Assembly: GCA_038128265.1 (NCBI GenBank)
Contig: JAYPJE010000007.1
Span: 8,384-72,383, forward strand
Direction of reading: 5' to 3'
DNA length: 64,000 nt
Source: Gemmatimonadota bacterium
GTDB taxonomy: Bacteria > Latescibacterota > UBA2968 > UBA8231
Shown here: positions 27,535-36,640 of the stretch, piece by piece
Layout: each line of letters starts with the position of its first letter
Numbering within the stretch: the first letter of the stretch is position 1
Program-made: the position numbers and the translations under genes
The notes under the pieces: generated by a model
The model's database searches: none
What the model saw: the letters and a program-made list of their open reading frames with translations, nothing else
Told to the model about the DNA's origin: nothing

Positions 27535-29040
27535 GTGCAGCGCGCTCCCAATATCCTCTACGTGATGACCGACCAGCAGCGCTTCGATACCATCGCCGCG
27601 CTGGGAAACGAGCATATTTACACGCCGAATTACGATCGCCTCGTTCGCCGGGGCCTGGCCTTTACCAATGCCTATTCGACCTGTCCAGTGTGCGTGGCGG
27701 CGCGCTATACGATTCGCACGGGCTGCGAACCGCTGACTACGCGCGTTTTTTCCAACGGGATGGATGATCCGGCGCCTGGGCAGGCGGCCACGATGGCCGA
27801 GCGCTGCGGTCCCTATCTGGCGCAGGAGATGGCGGCGAGAGGGTATCGCACATTTGGCATAGGCAAGTTTCACACTAACCCGTGGGATGAGGCGCTCGGC
27901 TACCAGTCGCACCTGCGCAGCGAAGAGCTATACGGCAGTCCCGAGCGCCGACGCGGCGATGCTTATGCACGGTTTATCGCTGAGCGTTACCCGGCGTATG
28001 ATTTTATCGAGGGGCTGATGGGGGAGCGAACGGAAATGTACTACATGCCGCAAATGAGTCCTATGCCGGCCGAGTGCACGGTTGAGGCATGGGCGGCCGA
28101 TCGCGCGGTCGAGCGCATACGCCTCGACGACGGCCGCCCTTTTTTTGGCTTCGTCTCTTTTATCGGGCCCCATCCGCCGCTGGCCCCGCCCATTCCCTTT
28201 AATCGCATGTACGATCCCGATCGCATGCCCAATCCGGTGCGCGGTCTTGCCGAATCGGACCATATGGACGAGCAAATTCCCTGGATGAACTACGCCATTT
28301 GGGCCGAAGATATAAACGACGCGCACGCACGCGTACTAAAGGCGCGCTACTACGGTGAGATAAGCTATATCGATCAGTGTTTGGGGCGCATCCTCGATGC
28401 GGTAGAGGCGCGCGCCGATGCCGATAATACCCTCATCTGTTTTTTTGCCGATCACGGCGACCATATGGGCGACCACGGCGCCTGGCAAAAGGAGAGCTTC
28501 TTTGACGCATCGTGCCGCATACCATTCATGCTCAGCTGGCCTTCGCAGTTACCCGCAGATGGGCGGCGCGAGGAGTTGGTCTGTCTGACCGATCTCTTTG
28601 CCATTGCAACGGGTGCCAGTGGAAAGGTGCAGACGCGCGATGGGTGTGACGTGCTGGGCGCGCTAGGGGGGGATGCGCCCGCGCGCAGCGCGCTCTTTGG
28701 CTACTACGGTTCTCCGGGTACACCGCGGTTTAAAGTTATGGTGCGAGAAGGGGATTGGAAGTATATCTTCCTGGCCAACGGCGGGCGCCAACAGCTTTTT
28801 AACCTGCGCGAAGATCCGGGCGAAAGGGACGAATGCGCGCAACGACACAGCGAAAAGCGGGCACGCTTGCACAGCCTGGCCGTGGGCGCACTCGACTGCG
28901 ATGCCGGTCGCGCTGCGCTAGATGACGGCGATCTACGCGCCTTTCAATTCGAGGCTCGACCGCTGGAGCGCATCTACCAATTCGATCGCTCGCGCGGGGT
29001 GGTCGGATTCCCCGAGCATCCAGAGGATGCTCTAAACTAG
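27535..29040 (+). CDS. Sulfatase (Cys-type, alkaline-phosphatase superfamily), no signal peptide
   Basis: The N-terminus is VQRAPNILYVMTDQQRFD. The active-site segment STCPVCVAARYTIRTG carries a C-x-A-x-R variant of C-x-P-x-R. FFADHGDHMGDHG is also present. GTG at 27535 lies 14 nt after the PhyH stop. Confidence 0.85.
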   Translation: MQRAPNILYVMTDQQRFDTIAALGNEHIYTPNYDRLVRRGLAFTNAYSTCPVCVAARYTIRTGCEPLTTRVFSNGMDDPAPGQAATMAERCGPYLAQEMAARGYRTFGIGKFHTNPWDEALGYQSHLRSEELYGSPERRRGDAYARFIAERYPAYDFIEGLMGERTEMYYMPQMSPMPAECTVEAWAADRAVERIRLDDGRPFFGFVSFIGPHPPLAPPIPFNRMYDPDRMPNPVRGLAESDHMDEQIPWMNYAIWAEDINDAHARVLKARYYGEISYIDQCLGRILDAVEARADADNTLICFFADHGDHMGDHGAWQKESFFDASCRIPFMLSWPSQLPADGRREELVCLTDLFAIATGASGKVQTRDGCDVLGALGGDAPARSALFGYYGSPGTPRFKVMVREGDWKYIFLANGGRQQLFNLREDPGERDECAQRHSEKRARLHSLAVGALDCDAGRAALDDGDLRAFQFEARPLERIYQFDRSRGVVGFPEHPEDALN

Positions 29041-29062
29041 CGATCCACAGCGAGGGCGCTGT

Positions 29063-30301
29063 TTACAAATGCGTTTGCCCGGCCGAATGGAGGGCGCGCG
29101 CGCTGACGCCCAGGACCCCGAGGAAGCCTTCGGAATCGCGGTGGTCAAAGTCGCCAACGGCTTCCATGGAGGCCGTGTCTTCGCTGTAGAGCGAGTGGGG
29201 CGCATCGTCGGCCGCGTGGAAAGCCACCTGCCCTTTATACAGCGACACGGAGATGGTGCCGGTGGCTAGCGCGTTGAGGTGTTCGACAAATTTCCAGCAG
29301 GCCTGCGTCGCCGTATCAAACCAATATCCCTGATAGACCTGCTCGGCGATATAGTCGCTGATCGGGGCAAACACGCGCCGTGCGCGGCGGTCGAGCACGA
29401 GCTGTAGCAGGTACTCATAGCACTGCCCAAGCAGTTCGAGGGCCGGCGCTTCGTAGATGCCGCGCGATTTGATCCCCACAAAGCGATTTTCCACGGCGTG
29501 TAGGCCGATGCCGACGCCGTTGCGTCCGCCAATGGCGTTGCTCAGGGTAATTGCCTCCAGCGGCGTGACGGCCTTGCCGTTGATGGCGATCGGCTGTCCC
29601 CTTTCAAAGCGCACCGTAAAGCGTTCCGCTTCGTCGGGAGCGTCTGCGGCAAAAACGCCCATTCCGGGTGTGACGCGGCTGGTTGGCGTGTGCAGATCTT
29701 CCAATTCGCCGGCCTCGTGCGTCAGGCCGAGTATGTTGGCGTCGGTCGAGTAGGGCTTGTCGTGCGTGGCAGTTATGGGGAGACCGTGTGCCTGGCAGTA
29801 GTCGATCATTTCCTTGCGGCCGCCGAACACCTCGAGAAAGTGGCTGTCGCGCCAGGGGGCATAGACGGCAATGTGCGGATCGAGCATCTGCGTGGCCAGC
29901 TGAAAGCGCACCTGATCGTTGCCCCGTCCGGTGGCGCCGTGCCCGAGGATGCGAATGCCGCGCTCCTGCATCAGCGGCACCATATCGGCGACTACGATGT
30001 GGCGGGCAAGGCCCGTCGTATTCCAGTAGCCCCCCTCATAGCGCGCCTGTGCCTGCACCAGCTGAATGCCGGCCTGGCTTATGGCGTCTTTCAAATCGCC
30101 GATGAGCATCTCGCCAGCGCCGCAGGCCAGCATGCGCGTGCGCACGTCTTCGATATCGGTCTCGTCGGGCTGCCCCAGGTCCGCCGTATAGGCGATTACT
30201 TCGACTCCCCGCTGACTCAGCCAGTGGGTGATGGTGCAGCTATCGAGTCCGCCGGAGACGGCCATCATGATTTTCTGTCCCTTGAGATCGGCGACGTTCA
30301 T
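29063..30301 (-). CDS. argG: Argininosuccinate synthase
   Basis: Contains KIMMAVSGGLDSCTITHWL (SGGxDS PP-loop), AYTADLGQ, HGATGRGNDQVRF and YSTDANILG. Length is 412 aa. Confidence 0.95.
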   Translation of the reverse strand: MNVADLKGQKIMMAVSGGLDSCTITHWLSQRGVEVIAYTADLGQPDETDIEDVRTRMLACGAGEMLIGDLKDAISQAGIQLVQAQARYEGGYWNTTGLARHIVVADMVPLMQERGIRILGHGATGRGNDQVRFQLATQMLDPHIAVYAPWRDSHFLEVFGGRKEMIDYCQAHGLPITATHDKPYSTDANILGLTHEAGELEDLHTPTSRVTPGMGVFAADAPDEAERFTVRFERGQPIAINGKAVTPLEAITLSNAIGGRNGVGIGLHAVENRFVGIKSRGIYEAPALELLGQCYEYLLQLVLDRRARRVFAPISDYIAEQVYQGYWFDTATQACWKFVEHLNALATGTISVSLYKGQVAFHAADDAPHSLYSEDTASMEAVGDFDHRDSEGFLGVLGVSARALHSAGQTHL

Positions 30302-30464
30302 TGCGCTAACTCCTGAAGGTTGCGATGTATTTTCGATGTGAGAAGGACTTCAACTACAAAAACGCAGCTGGTGCGAGATGGACCTGAATTACCGCTAGGC
30401 CTGGAGAAAAGTCAAGGTTGCGGTTAAGGTGGAGTTGGGTGCTGGTAGGACGGGGGAAAGGGGC

Positions 30465-30734
30465 TTAATGCAGGCCCTCTTCAAAGCTATTTAGCACGCT
30501 GCGTAGGCGCTCCATATCCTGCGCTGGCACCGCGGTCAGGCGTCGTCTGGGGCGCACTTTGAGCCAGAGTTCGCGCCAGAGAGACGAATCGGAGTGCAGG
30601 GGCACGGTTTGTGGCTGTTCGCCTTCGGCGCGTTTGGCGCGGCGCAGTGCGCCCAGCAGAAAGTAGGCTAGGGCGCCCAAGATATCTAGGACAATGACGA
30701 TCTGTAACAGGTGGGTGAGAAATTGATCCATCAT
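30465..30734 (-). CDS. Hypothetical small membrane protein (89 aa, one TM)
   Basis: The N-terminal hydrophobic helix LLQIVIVLDILGALAYFLLGAL is followed by a basic stretch. I recognised no motif. Confidence 0.4.
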   Translation of the reverse strand: MMDQFLTHLLQIVIVLDILGALAYFLLGALRRAKRAEGEQPQTVPLHSDSSLWRELWLKVRPRRRLTAVPAQDMERLRSVLNSFEEGLH

Positions 30735-30831
30735 GTGCGCTTCTTGCCTAGGATAAGGAGTGTGTGGCAGCCCTTAATATAGTAAAACTTGATACAAAGT
30801 CATACTTTATATCGGCGGGCCGGTCAATTCC

Positions 30832-30860
30832 TTGACAGTTTTATGGGGGAGCGGTATCAT
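30832..30860 (+). promoter_or_regulatory. Candidate sigma70-type promoter
   Basis: TTGACA (30832-30837), then 17 nt, then TATCAT (30855-30860). It sits in a divergent intergenic region with no upstream + gene. Confidence 0.4.
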
Positions 30861-30871
30861 AGGAAAACACT

Positions 30872-30914
30872 GTGAGCGAAATGGAACGGGTGTTTTATCG
30901 CTCGCTTTTTTTTT
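30872..30914 (+). terminator. Intrinsic-terminator-like hairpin plus T9 in the 5' leader of the 30943 gene (attenuator or small RNA end)
   Basis: An 8-bp stem pairs 30872-30879 (GTGAGCGA) with 30898-30905 (TCGCTCGC), including one G.U pair. The loop is 18 nt. Nine consecutive T follow at 30906-30914. Confidence 0.45.
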
Positions 30915-30942
30915 GTAAATCACAGTATAATAGGGGGCTTAT

Positions 30943-31806
30943 ATGCTGATAGATGCCCATAACCATCCCAATTGGCACGGCTTTAACGCGGACAAGATTC
31001 TGCGCAATATGGACGAGCAGGGCATCGATCAGATGTGGCTCTTTAGTTGGGAGGTGCCCGAGGATGAGTATGCACCGTCCTATCACGCCGTATTGCCTCC
31101 CACGGGTATGGGGATCCCGCTGGAGGACGTGATCGAGGTCGGCAAGGCGGCCCCCGACCGCTTTGTATTGGGCTATATGCCGCACCCGAAACGGCCCGAT
31201 GCGATCGATCGGCTCAAGGCGGCCGTAGAAATTCACGGAATTCGCCTTGCTTCTGAGCTCAAGGTGCGCCTGCCCTTTGACGACCCGGACGCGCTGCGTC
31301 TCTACGCCTTTTGCGGCGAGCAAAAACTGCCGATCACAATTCACTTAGACTATCCCATTGATCACGGTCGCGGTAATTACCCGCGGCCCAATTGGTGGTA
31401 TGGCGGCAGCATGGACGCCTTTGAACGGGCCGTTGTCGCCTGCCCCGAAACGGTTTTTATCGGGCACGCACCCGGTTTTTGGGCCCATATTTCCGGCGAC
31501 GATCAATTCGATAAGGTTTCCTACCCCGAAGGGCCGGTTGCTCCCGGGGGCCGCGTCGGGCAGATGCTGCGCACATACCCCAACCTCTACGCCGACCTGT
31601 CGGCCGGGTCTGGTCTACGTGCTTTGCAGCGCGACGCGGAGTTTGGCCGACAGTTCCTCGTGGAATTTCAGGATCGCCTGCTCTTTGGCAGGGATTATTT
31701 CGATACGCGTCTAATGGATTTTCTTCTCGAGATCCAGCTGCCGCCAGAAGCGTTTGCCAAGATTACCCATCGCAATGCCGAGCACCTATTAAATGCGTAC
31801 CTCTGA
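30943..31806 (+). CDS. Amidohydrolase-family (TIM-barrel metal-dependent hydrolase, Amidohydro_2-like) protein
   Basis: Contains MLIDAHNHPNW (HxH), ITIHLDYP and FIGHAPGFWAHISGDD. GGGGG lies 5 nt upstream of the ATG. Confidence 0.7.
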   Translation: MLIDAHNHPNWHGFNADKILRNMDEQGIDQMWLFSWEVPEDEYAPSYHAVLPPTGMGIPLEDVIEVGKAAPDRFVLGYMPHPKRPDAIDRLKAAVEIHGIRLASELKVRLPFDDPDALRLYAFCGEQKLPITIHLDYPIDHGRGNYPRPNWWYGGSMDAFERAVVACPETVFIGHAPGFWAHISGDDQFDKVSYPEGPVAPGGRVGQMLRTYPNLYADLSAGSGLRALQRDAEFGRQFLVEFQDRLLFGRDYFDTRLMDFLLEIQLPPEAFAKITHRNAEHLLNAYL

Positions 31807-31886
31807 GCGAGTCCTCCTTTGAAGGCCAATAGCGCCGCCTTCGGGCGCGTGATCGCGCACATTCTGTGCGCACGGTGCCGCTTGCT

Positions 31887-32831
31887 ATGAACCCCTTGGA
31901 AATTCTCTGGTTTGTACTGGGTTTGGTCGGACTCTACTTTGGCGCCGAGTGGATGGTCACAGGGGCTTCGCGCTTAGCCGGTAGCTTTGGCATACGGCCC
32001 ATGGTCGTAGGGCTTACGGTGGTGGCTTTTGGCACATCCAGTCCCGAACTGGCGGTGAGCCTGATCGCCGTTTTCGAGGAGAGTGACGGCATTGCCATCG
32101 GCAATATAATCGGCAGCAATATTGCGAATATCGGTCTCATTATGGGCGCTTCAGCCCTTGTTTCCCCGCTCAAAGTCGAGCTCACGGTCCTGCGCAGAGA
32201 GCTGCCGATTATGGTTGGCGTGTCCCTGCTCTTTATCGCGCTGCTCTACGATGGAACCATCGGCTCCTGGGATGGATGCCTGCTCTTTGCCGGTCTTCTG
32301 TGCTACCTTGCCTACCAGCTGCGCGGCCTGTTTGGAGGGGGCGATCCTTCAGCAGGGCCGACCGAAGGCCAGGCTGAGGCACCGCGGCATGGATGGAATG
32401 CGCTGCTGATTGTCGTCGGGCTCGCTCTGCTTGTTGGCGGGGCCAATCTGATGATCGAATCGGGCATTGTCATAGCCAGAATGTTGGGTATTAGCGAAAT
32501 CGTTATTGGCATTGCGCTGGTCGCAGTGGGCACATCGCTGCCCGAATTGGCCACTTCTATGGTGAGCGCGTTTCGCGGCGAGAGCGATATTTCGGTCGGC
32601 AACATCATTGGCAGCAATATTTTCAACGTGATGTGCGTCGTGGGGATAGTCTCGATGATTGTCCCGTTGTCCGTAAACGGGGAACTGCTTTATTTTGAGC
32701 TGCCCGTAATGATGGCGTTCAGTCTGGTGCTCTTCCCCTTTATGCGAACGAGCTTTGTGCTGAGCAGGTTAGAGGGGGCGGTGCTGCTCGTCGGCTATGC
32801 CGTCTTTATATCCTATCTGTTTGGCCGGTGA
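31887..32831 (+). CDS. CaCA-family sodium/calcium (K+-dependent-like) antiporter, YrbG-type
   Basis: Two alpha-repeats are present: GTSSPELAVSLIAV..GNIIGSNIANIGLIMG and GTSLPELATSMVSA..GNIIGSNIFNVMCVVG. The ORF track starts at GTG 31866. Confidence 0.85.
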   Translation: MNPLEILWFVLGLVGLYFGAEWMVTGASRLAGSFGIRPMVVGLTVVAFGTSSPELAVSLIAVFEESDGIAIGNIIGSNIANIGLIMGASALVSPLKVELTVLRRELPIMVGVSLLFIALLYDGTIGSWDGCLLFAGLLCYLAYQLRGLFGGGDPSAGPTEGQAEAPRHGWNALLIVVGLALLVGGANLMIESGIVIARMLGISEIVIGIALVAVGTSLPELATSMVSAFRGESDISVGNIIGSNIFNVMCVVGIVSMIVPLSVNGELLYFELPVMMAFSLVLFPFMRTSFVLSRLEGAVLLVGYAVFISYLFGR

Positions 32832-32922
32832 GAACGGCTGGGCTCTCGTCGTGCTCTCGATGTGGGCTAGGCGCTGGCACATCGCGTGCTGGCTGTGATT
32901 GAAAAAAGCAAAGGAGTTTAAT

Positions 32923-33693
32923 ATGGATTTGGGTTTAAAGGATAAAGTGGCCATCGTCAGCGGCGCCAGTCGCGGAATTGGCCGTTCAATTGCGCTGTCT
33001 CTGGCTGCCGAGGGCGCGAAACTGTGCATTTGCGCGCGCAACGAGGAAGGGCTTAACCGGGCCGCAGAGGAGATGCGTGCGGCTGGCGCCGAGGTCGAAG
33101 CGCTGGCCCTCGACGTAACGACGGCCGAGGGCGCCGACGCGCTTGTCGCCGGTGCGGTGGCGCGCTTTGGCGGCGTCGATATCCTCGTAAACAACGTCGG
33201 TGGCTCGGTGTGGACTCCCTTTGCCGAAATAAGCGACGACGAGTGGAACCACGTGCTCAATTTGAGCTTTATGTCGGCCGTGCGCGTCAGCCGTGCGGCG
33301 TTCCCAGTGATGGAACAGCGGGGCGGCGGCAGCATCGTCAATATATCGTCTATCTTTGGGCGCGAGACGGGCGGCCCCATTTCGTATAACGCCGCCAAGT
33401 CCGCCATGATTAGCATGTCGTCCAATTTGGCTATCGAGGGCGCCGGCAAAAATATTCGCGTCAACTCGGTGGCGCCGGGATCTATTATCTTCCCCGGCGG
33501 TAGCTGGGAGCGCCGCCAAAAGGAAAACCCCGAACAGATCGCCGCATTTATCGATGCCAACCTGCCCTTCGGGCGCTTTGGCAAGCCAGAAGAGGTCGCC
33601 GACGTCGTGGCCTTTCTCGTATCGGAGCGCGGCAGCTGGGTCACGGGTACCTGCATTAATGTCGATGGTGGCCAGTCTAAGTCGAACACGTAA
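32923..33693 (+). CDS. Short-chain dehydrogenase/reductase (FabG-like)
   Basis: An AAAGGAG SD lies 7 nt upstream of the ATG. Contains KVAIVSGASRGIGRSIA (TGxxxGxG variant), NNVG and YNAAKSA (YxxxK). Confidence 0.88.
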   Translation: MDLGLKDKVAIVSGASRGIGRSIALSLAAEGAKLCICARNEEGLNRAAEEMRAAGAEVEALALDVTTAEGADALVAGAVARFGGVDILVNNVGGSVWTPFAEISDDEWNHVLNLSFMSAVRVSRAAFPVMEQRGGGSIVNISSIFGRETGGPISYNAAKSAMISMSSNLAIEGAGKNIRVNSVAPGSIIFPGGSWERRQKENPEQIAAFIDANLPFGRFGKPEEVADVVAFLVSERGSWVTGTCINVDGGQSKSNT

Positions 33694-33700
33694 GCCGGCG

Positions 33701-34723
33701 ATGGGGCTCGGGCTCGTTATCGCGCTTCTCCTAGCGGGGCACCCATTCGTCGTAGATGCGGGTGCGCAGCCGCGCAAACAGTCGATCGACTTTCTCAACG
33801 AGCGCCTAAAAATCCCCGATTCGTCGAGGTTTACCGAGGCCGAATACATTGAGAGCGGGGTGGGCGTGCCCTTTGGCGTGGACAAGCGCCTCAGTTATTT
33901 CAGCGGCAACTATGCCGAATCCATTGCGCGCTTTGGCGAGGCGCTGCGCCGCTATCCCTACAAGGCCGAAATATGGGTGTTCCTAGCGCGCTCCTATTTC
34001 TACGAAAAGGTCCCAGAAGAAGCCAAGAGGACCATTGAGCGGGCGGCAGAGACTATGCCCGATCTGTCGGATAGCTTTTGGAACCCCCTATTGGATAGCA
34101 TGCTGGGGGTGATTCGCAATCGCGCCCTCGACCAGCAGGCCCAGATCGATTTCTATACGAGAAGTCAGGAAGAGTTTCTCGAACTTTTCCGCCTATTTCG
34201 CTTTTTGGTCGATGAAGATGGAATGACCGGTATTGTGCTGCGGGCCGATGCCAAGGCAGCTAAAATGTCGTTTCTCGCTACGATGGTCTCGGCCGATTCG
34301 CGCACGCGCTACCGAGACGAGTCGGATAAGTGGGCCGCGCTGGCCGAGCAAATGCGCGGCGAAATGCGTGCTCTGGGCTTTGCACCGCCCGATGCCATTG
34401 ACGTGCCGGTTTACAGGGAGGAGGAAATTCCCCCAGCCGACGCCGACCTACTAGAGCAGACGCACCAGCTGCAGCTAAAAGTCGACTTTTACCAGCCCAT
34501 ATTAGAAGATTTTAGTGCGCTGTTTGAAAACTATCTGGCGCTCGATCTGCCAGAAGGTGCGCGCTTTGTGCTCGATGGTTTGCAGCGCGAGGCCGGGCGC
34601 GTGCGCTTGCAGGCCGACACGGCGAATGATTTTGCCATGGCTAGCCAGTACGCAGAAGAGGCCGATGCGCTCGATGCGCTGCGCGCAGAGCTCAGTCAGC
34701 GCCTAGCGGGCAGCGGTCCCTGA
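33701..34723 (+). CDS. Hypothetical secreted alpha-helical protein with one TPR-like unit (340 aa)
   Basis: ATG at 33701 lies 7 nt after the SDR stop. The signal-like N-terminus is MGLGLVIALLLAGHPFVVDAGAQ. Contains YFSGNYAESIARFGEALRRYPYKAEIWVFLARSYF. The ORF-track start at 33554 lies inside the SDR gene. Confidence 0.55.
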   Translation: MGLGLVIALLLAGHPFVVDAGAQPRKQSIDFLNERLKIPDSSRFTEAEYIESGVGVPFGVDKRLSYFSGNYAESIARFGEALRRYPYKAEIWVFLARSYFYEKVPEEAKRTIERAAETMPDLSDSFWNPLLDSMLGVIRNRALDQQAQIDFYTRSQEEFLELFRLFRFLVDEDGMTGIVLRADAKAAKMSFLATMVSADSRTRYRDESDKWAALAEQMRGEMRALGFAPPDAIDVPVYREEEIPPADADLLEQTHQLQLKVDFYQPILEDFSALFENYLALDLPEGARFVLDGLQREAGRVRLQADTANDFAMASQYAEEADALDALRAELSQRLAGSGP

Positions 34724-34724
34724 G

Positions 34725-35876
34725 ATGTATCGGCTGGCTGCTTTGCTGCTGCTGTGGGGAGCGGGCGAGTGCGTTGCTAACGCATCTCTTGCGGTGCGCC
34801 GCGAGTACAATCAGGTTGTGGCTGGTATCGATACGCTCACACGCCTCAACGCCGATCAGGACTTTACTGCCCTCGTGCGCCAGCGGGGCAACCGCGGAGC
34901 AAACGTGCCGCTTGTGCTGCTGTTTTGGGCAGACGATGAGGCGGAGATTTTTATCAATGGTTTCCGCATTGCTCAAACGCGCCTGACGCCGACGCAGGTG
35001 GAAATACCCGCTCTCTATTTGCGCGATGTCAATCTGATCCAGGCTCATTGCTGGGATACCGACAAAGTGGAGAGCGGGTTTATGGCGGGAGTGTACGCGC
35101 GCGATGCTTCCGGTGGGTTGCGGCCGGTCTTGGTTACCGACGAGGGACCATGGCGAGCCGGAGACAAACCTGCCGAGGTGCGATTTTACTCCAATACGCA
35201 GCCCGATATACCTGGGGCTGAGGTTATTTGGGGCGAGGGGCTCTATGGCGAAGTGTGGCTGGAGGCCGAGTTTAGCGCACAGACTATTCAGCAGGCCTTG
35301 CAGCGCCGCGCCGTAGAAATGCCGGCCGCTAGCCCGCAGGTTATGGATGCACACGCAGTGCTAAGTCGCCTGGTGCAGCTGCAGGCTAGGCAAAAGGAGC
35401 TGGAAGCGCGCCTGAGCGGCCGTGATGAACTGGCCGGTATACCGCGCTATAAGGGCTACGTGAGCGGTCGCTTGGGTTTTAGTTTGGGTCGAGCGGGTAG
35501 GCTGGCTGAGCGGCAAAATCGCCAGCGTACGGAAGCGCTACACGAGTGGGCCCAGGCCCTGCCCGCCCAAGAGCGCGCGCTTGTCTTTCGCCCGCCGCGC
35601 CAGTTAAAGGGCGTCGAGGCTGCTGTAGGGCGCCAGTCAATGGCAGCGGGAAAGAGCGAGGGCCGCACCGATCGGCGCAAAGACTACCTGCCGCCGCCCG
35701 AACGGGCGCCGCAGCGGCCGGGGCAGACGGCCAGCGCCATCGCCGCTAGCGCGCCGACCGTTGCTCGGGCAGTGGCTTGGATGCGTTGGGCGGCACTAAT
35801 GGGATTGCTGGGGTATGTCGCCGGGGCCGGAAGGCGTTGGTGGGCCCTTTTCACAGCCGAGGAATGGAAGCAATGA
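34725..35876 (+). CDS. Hypothetical single-pass envelope protein: signal peptide, beta-rich domain, coiled coil, C-terminal TM
   Basis: Signal peptide MYRLAALLLLWGAGECVANA. A coiled segment follows (LVQLQARQKELEARL). The C-terminal TM is WMRWAALMGLLGYVAGAG. It starts 1 nt after the upstream stop. Confidence 0.55.
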   Translation: MYRLAALLLLWGAGECVANASLAVRREYNQVVAGIDTLTRLNADQDFTALVRQRGNRGANVPLVLLFWADDEAEIFINGFRIAQTRLTPTQVEIPALYLRDVNLIQAHCWDTDKVESGFMAGVYARDASGGLRPVLVTDEGPWRAGDKPAEVRFYSNTQPDIPGAEVIWGEGLYGEVWLEAEFSAQTIQQALQRRAVEMPAASPQVMDAHAVLSRLVQLQARQKELEARLSGRDELAGIPRYKGYVSGRLGFSLGRAGRLAERQNRQRTEALHEWAQALPAQERALVFRPPRQLKGVEAAVGRQSMAAGKSEGRTDRRKDYLPPPERAPQRPGQTASAIAASAPTVARAVAWMRWAALMGLLGYVAGAGRRWWALFTAEEWKQ

Positions 35877-36640
35877 ACGCGTTGCTTATCGCAGTGGGGA
35901 TCGCCCTTGTCGTTGCCGGCGGTGTGAGCGGCAGCTTGCTCCAGTTGATGCGCGCACGCCGGTTGCACCTGCGCGACCGAGAGCACGGCGTGGCGATACA
36001 GAACCTCCGGCACGTCGCCGGCGCGATAGGGGCCGTGGCGGGCGTGATTATTGGCGCGTTGGCAGCTTACTATCTATCGCTCAACCAGCGCGCCGATTTA
36101 ATTGCCTGGGTAGGTCGCTGCTCGTACGGGCTCATTGCATGGGCGGCTGGCGGGCACGTGCTGACGCTAGTGCATATGGGGCTCCACTTGGTGCGCGAGG
36201 AGCGCGCGCTGCGCAATTTGGGTGATAATCCATCGCTTACAGCGCGCCGTCTGCACTTATTGCAGGAAGGGCGCAGGGCCCACCGCCATTACATTGATTT
36301 CAAGACGCGCGATGAAGAGGGAATGGATGGGTTGATCGGATTTTTTGCCGAACCGCTGCTCAACGCGCGGCGCGATATGGCCCGTCTGCCCCTATACGGC
36401 TATCTCGGCACCGTGTGCGGTATATTGCTTATGGCACAGGAGTTGGGCCAGATTGACGAGGCATCGCAGACCTTCAAGGTGCTGTCTTCCATGGCTGAAG
36501 GATTGGCACTGGCATTTAAAACGACGCTGGTTGCGCTCGTTTCCTACCTGCCGCTGCGCAAAGCCGTCGACTATATGCTGCAGCGCGTTGCCGCTGTCGA
36601 GGAAGCTTGGCGGCGCATGCGCGAGGACGCAGGCGAATGA
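35873..36640 (+). CDS. MotA/TolQ/ExbB-family proton-channel-like membrane protein (255 aa)
   Basis: It has an ATGA overlap with the upstream gene. The C-terminal signature LPLYGYLGTVCGILLMAQELG...LSSMAEGLALAFKTTLVALVSYLPL matches the MotA_ExbB pattern (..LGLLGTV.G...F......l..Gi..AL.tT..GL..aiP). Three N-terminal TM helices are present. Confidence 0.6.
   Translation: MNALLIAVGIALVVAGGVSGSLLQLMRARRLHLRDREHGVAIQNLRHVAGAIGAVAGVIIGALAAYYLSLNQRADLIAWVGRCSYGLIAWAAGGHVLTLVHMGLHLVREERALRNLGDNPSLTARRLHLLQEGRRAHRHYIDFKTRDEEGMDGLIGFFAEPLLNARRDMARLPLYGYLGTVCGILLMAQELGQIDEASQTFKVLSSMAEGLALAFKTTLVALVSYLPLRKAVDYMLQRVAAVEEAWRRMREDAGE

Noticed and set aside
30926-30931. A perfect TATAAT hexamer 12 nt upstream of ATG 30943, considered as the main promoter of the amidohydrolase gene.
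   Set aside because: There is no plausible -35 at 16-18 nt. A start there would remove the GGGGG Shine-Dalgarno and give a nearly leaderless mRNA. Read-through from the upstream TTGACA/TATCAT promoter is the simpler model, although this cannot be excluded without TSS data.
32769-33885. Two long minus-strand ORFs (306 and 299 aa) lie antisense to the SDR gene. Similar long shadow ORFs occur elsewhere: 16104-16796, 17523-18116, 24741-25343, 44109-44957, 44194-44772, 48385-49185, 48893-49606, 53532-54350, 55871-56632 and 61836-62531.
   Set aside because: They are typical high-GC antisense or alternate-frame ORFs. Their products are Arg/Ala/Pro/Ser-rich low-complexity sequence with no motifs. 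Each overlaps a gene on the other strand or frame that has clear family signatures.
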